Source of the DNA: Rebecca billardiae RCC1528
Taxonomy: Eukaryota > Protista > Haptophyta
DNA length: 64,000 bases
Direction: 5' to 3'
Assembly: GCA_965240325.2 (NCBI GenBank)
Contig: OZ251222.1
Span: forward strand, 3,658,001 to 3,722,000
Below, one piece after another: positions 57,319 through 64,000 of the stretch (position 1 is the first letter of the stretch; each line of letters starts with the position of its first letter). The notes under the pieces are model-generated. The model did no database searches, was not told the origin of the DNA, and was given only the letters and a program-made list of their open reading frames with translations. Both the position numbers and the translations under genes were made by a program.

Positions 57319-58657
57319 TCACTCATGATCAGCGGTCGTGATGCGCACCCGCGCGAGCGCGCCCGCGGCGGCGTCAGTCTCAGTGTGATCCACTTGTGCG
57401 GCCGCTGCCTCGCCCTCGACCTCGTCGGGCGCGGGCGCCGCCCCGACCGGCGGCAGCTCGGTAATCAGCGGCCGCCTCGGCCGTTGCGCGCCGTCGGCGG
57501 CGGGCGGCGCCTCCACGCCGTCGTCGGCTGCACCCTCGCCGCACTCGTCGTCCGAGTCCGAGTCGGAGTCGGAGCCTGAGCCGGAGGAGTCGTCGTCGTC
57601 CGAGTCGTCGTCCGAGTCGGTCGTGGACGAGCGCGCGGCCGGCGCGGCTGCGCCGAGCACGTCGCGCAGGGCGAAGAAGTGGGGCGGCATGTGCTCCGGC
57701 TCGACGCGCGCGGCGCGCACGCGCGCGCCGAGCGCGCGCAGCGACGCGCGCGACGCGCCCCTCTGCACCCACGCGATCAGGTGCTCCGTCCACAGCTCGT
57801 TGTGCACGTGCGCGTGCGCGTACCCGTCCGCGCGCTCGAGCAGCGCGTGCACGCGCAGCAGGCAGCGCAGCACGGCGGGCGCGCCGAGCTCGAGCACGTC
57901 GGCGACGTCGGCGAGCACGGCGAGCGCAAGCCGCCAGTGCCTGTGCAGCGGGAACACCAGCGCGCGGCGCACGCACGACACCGCCACCTCGTCCGCGGGC
58001 TCGGCCCCGAACCGCTCGAGGTGCGAGATCGAGGCGGAGAGGCGCGCGACGCTCCACGCAGACTCACACGTGCCCTCGCCGCCCGAGCTGCGCACGTCGT
58101 GGCAGTGCGCGTACAGCAGGTCGACGAGCGCGTTGGGCACCGCGGTGCGCGCCTCGCGCGCGGAGAGCGCGTGCTCCCGCGGGCGCAGCCGGCGCAGCCG
58201 CTCTCGCTCCGCCTCGTCCAGCCGCACCGGGCCATCCTCATCCTCCGCACCCGCACCCGCCTCCGCGCACGCTGCGGGCGCGCCCGCCGCGGGCGCGCCC
58301 GCCGCGGGCGCGCCAGCGCCCGCGGCGGACGGCGCGGCGCGCGCGGCCTCGGCGGCCCACCACGGCTGGTAGCGCAGCAGCGGCTCGATCTCGTCCTCCT
58401 CGTTCAGCAGATCCGCCGTGTAGTGCTCGTCGTCGTACGCCGCCGCCTCCATCTCCAGCCGCTCCGCGCGCCGCTCCGCCGCGCTGCTCGCCTCCGGCTG
58501 AGCGCACAGCAGCAGCGCCTCCTCGGCCGGCAGCTGCGCAAACACGCGGGCGTACGCGCGGTCGAAGCCGTACCCGCCGCCCGTGCCGAGCCCGAGCGCG
58601 ACGCCCACGCCGCCGTCGGCGCCCTCGTCGAGCCGCTGCTCCACCTCCCACTCCGCG

Positions 58658-58692
<35 letters not shown>

Positions 58693-59070
58693 CGCTTCGT
58701 CCGCGCCGGGCGCGCCCTCAGCCGCGGCCGCGGGCGTGCCGCCGAGCACCTCGATGCGCGGGGGCAAGGGCGCGCGCGCGGGCCGGAGGAGCTCGGTGAG
58801 CAGCTGCAGCCCGCCGAAGCGCTCGCCCGGCGTCGCCTTGGGCAGGTGCACCGTGAGCACGCGCGTGTCCCAGTCGTACGCCGCGCGCTCGCGCCCGTCC
58901 TCGGCGAGCTCGTGCCGGAAGGTGAGGCGCAGAAAGTAGGGGCGGAGGTGGAAGCGGAACTGGCGGCCGTCGATGTGGAACTCGCCGTCGTCGAGCCGCG
59001 CGTGCGGCAGGTTGATGCGCACGATCACAAAGTCGTCGTCCTGCTCGAGCACGAACTTGGGCGTGATCAT
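57319..59070 (-). CDS. SHQ1: H/ACA snoRNP assembly factor SHQ1
   Basis: MITPKF..QD CS domain, PYFLRL, YGFD, YDDEHYTAD, LVDLLYA, GEGTCESAWSVARLS, RRALVFPLHRHW. Confidence 0.95.
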
Positions 59071-59312
59071 CGGCGCGGACACGCGCGGCCGACCAAGACC
59101 GCGTTGCTGCTGTACGGCAAGCGGAACGGCGGCGGTGTCGCGGCGGAACGCGCACTTTTTTTGTTTTTTCTACTATTTTCGAATAATCGTCCGCGGCGAC
59201 GAGAATAAATCGACCGGCGGGTGAGGCGGGGTGAGACGGTGCCGACGGTCAATCTGAGACACGCCGTTGGCACCAACGTCGTCGGGGCGCCAGCGGCTGG
59301 CTGGCGCACGGG

Positions 59313-59681
59313 TTGGCGACTGTCGCTGCCGTGCTTCCCCAGCAGCAGCTGGCAGCGCAGCCATCTGAATCAGCCACGCCGCACCGTGGCTTCCTAGGCG
59401 ACACCCGTCGCGTCCCACAAGCGCCGCGTCGACTGTCACCTGCGGGCCCGCAGGCCGCACGGCGCAGTCCGCGGCGGCGCTGGCGCCTGGCTTGGCGACT
59501 GTCGCTGCCGTGCTTGCCCAGCAGCAGCTGGCAGCGCAGCCATCTGAATCAGCCACGCCGCTTGGCTTCCTAGGCGACACCCGTCGCGCGGGCGCGGCTT
59601 CCTAGGCGACACCCGTCGCGCGCGCGCCGCGTGGAATGTCACCGGGGCCCGCAGGCCGCGCGGCGCAGTCCGCGGCGGCGC
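59313..59681. repeat. ~180-200-bp tandem duplication between SHQ1 and the GNAT gene
   Basis: TTGGCGACTGTCGCTGCCGTGCTT..CATCTGAATCAGCCACGCCGC..GGCTTCCTAGGCGACACCCGTCGCG at 59313 and 59492, with a third partial copy at about 59597. Confidence 0.9.
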
Positions 59682-59732
59682 GGCTGGCCGCGCGCGACGC
59701 GGGCGGCGGCCGCGCCTCGCCGAGCGGCCGTG

Positions 59733-60431
59733 CTACGGCCCTTCCCACGGCGGCAGGGCTTGCACGAGATGGAGCGCGTCCTCGCCGTCCTGGTAGTACT
59801 GCGCCCACGTGTGCTTCGCGCGGTACCCCAGCTTGGCCGTGTACACGTGCAGCGCGGCCGCGTTCGACTTTCGCACGTTGAGTGTCACGCTGAGCGCGCC
59901 GTGCTCGCGCCGCATGCGCTCGGTGACTTGGTGCATGATCGAGGTGGCGGCGCCGCAGTTGCGGAAGTCGGGGAGCACCGCGATCGACGTGATGTGCCCG
60001 CGCGAGCCCACCTCCATCTTCGCGAGGCAGTACCCCACCACGCGCTCGGCGCTCGGCGCGCCTGACAGCGCCGCGAGGCCGCCGGCGGCGCCCGGCGCGG
60101 CCGGCGCGCACGCGACGAGCTGGAGCCCGGGCCAGTCGGCGAGGTGCATGCGGTAGAAAGCGAGCGGGTAGTTCTCCGGCAGAACCTCCTCGTTGATCGC
60201 CTTCATCGCGTCGATGTCCGTCGCGAGCGCCTGGCGGATGCGCACGTTGGCGGTGCGCTCCGCCGAGCCACCCCAGACGGCGCTGGCGGCGAGGAGGCAG
60301 CTGGCGGCGGAGGTGACGCCGCAGCGCGGCTGGAAGGCGCGTATGCGCGGGACCTGCACGCTCGCCACGCCGCGCACCCACGCCGACGACGAGAGCACCG
60401 CGGTCGCCGCCGCGGCGAGCCGGTGCCGCAT
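59733..60431 (-). CDS. NAA10/ARD1-like GNAT N-terminal acetyltransferase with N-terminal extension
   Basis: LPENY, WPGL, VVGYCLAKME, GHITSIAV, VRKSNAAA, YYQDGEDA. Confidence 0.9.
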   Translation of the reverse strand: MRHRLAAAATAVLSSSAWVRGVASVQVPRIRAFQPRCGVTSAASCLLAASAVWGGSAERTANVRIRQALATDIDAMKAINEEVLPENYPLAFYRMHLADWPGLQLVACAPAAPGAAGGLAALSGAPSAERVVGYCLAKMEVGSRGHITSIAVLPDFRNCGAATSIMHQVTERMRREHGALSVTLNVRKSNAAALHVYTAKLGYRAKHTWAQYYQDGEDALHLVQALPPWEGP

Positions 60432-60868
60432 CGGGCCGCGGAGCGCCGCGTGCGCGCTGCGGACGGGGCGCGGCGGGGGCGCACGCCGCGCTGTGCTGCG
60501 AGCGGGCGGCGGGTAACGCTCGTCGTCGCCACTGGCGCCGGCGACGAGGCGTGCGCAGGGCGGTTGGACAGAGCGCGCGCCCGGTCGCGCAGATGCGTCG
60601 TCGCCGTCGTCCCGACCACGGCGACTCCGCGAGATGCGAACAGGCACGCCACCGCACTGCACGCCACGCCGCGTGCACCGGCCTGGGCAGGCCCCACCGA
60701 ATGTTCATCGCGATGTGTTCAGATCCAGCTTTCGGAGTCGTGATTGTTTCGATCGGAGCTTCATGAGACTACGTACTGTACTTTGGTATACAGTACAGGA
60801 CTCAGCAGACGCTGGAGCCAGGGCAGCGAATGGCTGCTACTAGTTACACGTCTTACTACTACTACGTA

Positions 60869-61421
60869 CTGGCTCCGGTTGACCCCTGCCAGTCCGGTCA
60901 TAGAAACCGGGCGTACCGAAAATGATCTTCGCGCATTCCTGCGGCCGAATGAATAACGCCTGACGTGTCCCACAGGACCCCAAGTAGGGTTGCTATGGTC
61001 AGTTAGATAAAGTACTGCTACTATGGATGGCCAATTATAAGTGCCCAGGGTGTGAAACCCAGTTTGTGACTACTTCAGACTCTATTTTTCATAGCTATTT
61101 ACCCAGTCTGGTGACACATTTCCAATAGCTACGGGTGCATCCGGATCGGATGAGATCGCTCCCGGACCGTGTAAATCGCCGTGTTCTGACCAGAGTCTGA
61201 AAAGTAATATGGGTAAATACATAGTAAAAATATAGAGTCTGAACTCTATAGACGAGGAAGTGCTTGTTCGGGCCCATCAATATATATCGCTCTGCTGCTG
61301 AAGTCGTCATCATCTAGGCATCCGTTGAGGTCCTCCTGTGCAGTTTTCACGAGTGACTTCATGAAGGAGCTCACTCACTCACAGTGCCCGTCTCTGGCAG
61401 GGGTCATCAACCAGAAGCCAG
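60869..61421. mobile_element. Degenerate foldback/MITE-like remnant with nested inverted repeats
   Basis: Perfect 13-bp IR TGACCCCTGCCAG (60880-60892) / CTGGCAGGGGTCA (61394-61406), extending imperfectly outward. Inner ~33-bp IR at 61074-61105 / 61210-61243. AT-rich relative to flanks. Confidence 0.6.
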
Positions 61422-61458
61422 AGCCACTACTGTCTACTGCTACTATTATTGATATGTA

Positions 61459-63884
61459 CTACATCAACAGCGCGAACGAGCGCCGCGCACGCGAGGGCAC
61501 GCCCGAGGGATGCCTGTCCGCGGCCTCGCTGCCCACGCTGCGATCAACGTCCGCACGGTGCGCGAGCGCCAGCCGCTTCTCGTCGACTCCGCCGCGCGCG
61601 GGCGAGCGGGTCGGCGCGTCCGCGCGCGCCGCTCCGCGCGCGCGCGCCACGGCCGCAGCGGCGAGGAGGAGCAGACCCGCCGCCAGCACGAGCGACGCGA
61701 CGGCGCGGCTGCCGCCCCTCGCCGTGTGCGCCTCGAGTGGCGCTTGCGCGGGCGCCTCCGCCTGCGCGGCGGCGAGCAGCGGCGTGCGCCTGGCCGCGTG
61801 CGATCGCGCGTCCGCGTGCTGCGCGGCCGGCCGCCCGTCGGCCGCGCTCGCTCGGAGGGACTTCTCGAGGCGGTCGGGCGGCGGCGGCGGGCTGGGTGGG
61901 GGCATCGGCGGCGGCGGCGGCGAGGGCGAGGGTGGCGGCGGAGGGAACGGCGGCGGCGGCGGCGGCGGGCTCGGCGGTGGGAGCGGCGGCGGCGGCGGCG
62001 AGGGCGAGGGCGGCGGCGGAGGGCTCGGCGGCGGCGGCGGCGGCGGCGGCGGCGGGCTCGGCGGCGGGAGCGGCGGCGGCGGCGGTGAGGGCGAGGGCGG
62101 CGGCGGAGGGCTCGGCGGCGGCGGCGGCGGCGGCGGCAGCGGGCTCGGCGGCGGGCTCGGCGGCGGCGGCGGTGAGGGCGAGGGCGGCGGTGGCGGCAGC
62201 GGCGGCGGTGGCGAGGGCGAGGGCGGCGGCGGTGAGGGCGAGGGCGGCGGTGGCGGCGGCGGGCTCGGCGGCGGCAGCGGCGGCGGCGGCGGCGAGGGCG
62301 AGGGCGGCGGTGGCGGCAGCGGCGGCGGTGACGAGAGCGAGGGCGGCGAGGGCGGCGGCGAGGGCGAGGGCGGCGGCGGCGAGGGCGAGGGCTTCACGGG
62401 GCTGTCGGGCGGCGGCGGGCTTGGTGGGGGCATCGGCGGCGGCGGCGGCGAGGGCGAGGGCGGCGGCGGTGGGAACGGCGGCGGCGGCGGCGGCGGGCTC
62501 GGCGGCGGAATGGGCGGCGGCGGCGGTGAGGGCGAGGGCGGCGGCGGAGGGTTGGGCGGCGGCGGCGGCGGCGGCGGCGGCGGGCTCGGCGGCGGGACGG
62601 GCGGCGGCGGCGGCGAGGGCGAGGGCGGCGGCGGCGGAGGGCTCTGCGGCCGCGGCGGAGACGGCGGAGGGCTCTGCGGCCGCGGCGGCTGCGGCGGAGA
62701 GGGCGGAGGGCTCTTGGGCCGCGGCGGCGGCGGCGGCGGCGAGGGCGAGGGCGGCGGCGGCGGGAACGGCGGCGGCGGCGAGGGCGAGGGCGGCGGCGGC
62801 ACCGGCCCCGCGGGCGGCGAGCACGACCGAGCGACGGCGTGGCAGTTGTGCTTGCGGTTGCACTGCACGCGGCAGCAGCCGCAGCTGCACAGGTTGAGCT
62901 GCGCGCCCTGCGGGTCGGTGTACCCCCACCTAGTAGCGCACTTGTTGGCGCCGTACCGCGTGCAGCGGTGCCGCTGGCACATGCCGCACGTCCACGTCCA
63001 CGCGCTCGAGGGCGGCGACGGCGGCGGCGGCGGCGTGGTCACGTCGTACGGCCCGGCGCGGCAGGTGTGGATGCGGCGGCACTGGTGCTTGCAGCAGCCG
63101 CACGCGCACTGCGCGGCCTGCTCGCCCTGCGGCGCAGTGTAGCCCATGCGAGTCGCGCACTTGTTAGCGCCGTACAGCGTGCACCGGTGCCGCTTGCACT
63201 GCGCGCACAGCGGGCGCGGGCGCGGCGGGAGGGCGCGGCGCGCGTGAGGGCGCGGCGCGCGTGAGGGCGCGAGACGGAGGGGCGCGGAGCGGGCGACTCG
63301 CACGCACGCCGCGCGCGCGCGCGCGGGCGGGCCGCGCGGGGGGGGGGGGGACGCACCATCCCGCACGACCAGCGCCACGCCTCGCCTTCGGTGACCGGGC
63401 CACAGCCGTCGCCGGGGTCGGGGCCGCCGCCGGCGAGCGGGGGCGGCGGGCTCGGCGTCGGCGGCGGCGGCGGCGGCGCGTTCGGCGACGGCGGCGGCGG
63501 CGACGGCTGCGGGGGCGGCGGCGGCGGGGCCGAGGGCGGCGGCGGCGGGGTCGGCGGCGGCGAGTACCGGCAGAGATCCTTCTTCCGCTTCCGGCTCATC
63601 CTGCCGTGCGTCGCCGTCGAGTCGTAGTTCCAAGCGCCCGGGTCGGTGCAGCCGAAGTAGACGCACGCGGACGGGTCGTGCACGACCGCGTCCGGGTCGT
63701 AGTTGTCCGCGTGCGAGTCGGCGCAGCCGGTGGGCGGCGGCGGGCTGGGCGGCGGCGCCGGGGGCGGCGAGGGCGGCGGCGGGGTGGGCGGCGGGCTGGG
63801 CGGCGGCGGCGACGGCGGCTTGCTTGGCGGCGGCGGCGACGGCGGCGGCGGCGGGGTGGGCGGCGGGCTCGGCGGCGGGCTGGG

Positions 63885-63917
<33 letters not shown>

Positions 63918-64000
63918 GGGCGGCGAGGCGGGCGGCGCCGACGGCGGCGCGGAGGGAGGCGAGGGCGGCGGCGGGCTGGGCGGCGCGGCGGGCGGGCTGG
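61459..64000 (-). CDS. Extensin-like (Ser-Pro-rich) membrane-anchored surface protein with Cys-rich modules; 5' end outside window; intron 63199-63356
   Basis: Long SPPPP/SPSPPP tracts, two GCxD..AxNYD repeats, two copies of a 10-Cys module and a C-terminal TM AVASLVLAAGLLLLAAAAVA. Confidence 0.88.

Noticed and set aside
61325-63142. Gly-rich plus-strand protein
   Set aside because: Antisense of the Pro-rich gene, which has the splice sites, Cys modules and TM.

Overview
Very GC-rich eukaryotic nuclear DNA, gene-dense, with short GC-rich GT-AG introns (donor almost always GTGCGC). By inference it resembles a haptophyte such as Pavlovophyceae; taxonomy is not verifiable here. About 20 protein-coding genes are supported: TPR protein, FHA protein, class I cyclic-nucleotide phosphodiesterase, coiled-coil protein, secreted glycosyltransferase-like protein, stand-alone I9 protease inhibitor, OGFOD2/ICU11-type 2OG-Fe(II) oxygenase, OCA2/P-protein transporter, a 2832-aa TM/LEA_2-like/L-lectin/filamin protein, a PA-like/7TM/TIR(HET)-like fusion, a tandem CNB-domain protein, GT77 XEG113-like arabinosyltransferase, pepsin-like protease, XPA-C-like protein, EF-hand/LRR/SAM protein, MPP6, SHQ1, a NAA10-like GNAT and a partial extensin-like surface protein. 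The non-coding DNA holds non-autonomous elements defined only by their ends: a TA-flanked 512-bp MITE, a head-to-tail pair of Helentron/Helitron2-like elements in a (TA)n tract with a 7-bp-TSD TIR element nested inside, a 4.6-kb split-direct-repeat element carrying a higher-order minisatellite and inserted between two divergent genes, and a foldback remnant. The top candidate for a new system is the receptor-like 7TM protein wired to a TIR/HET-like domain, whose catalytic motif only appears after splicing two introns.
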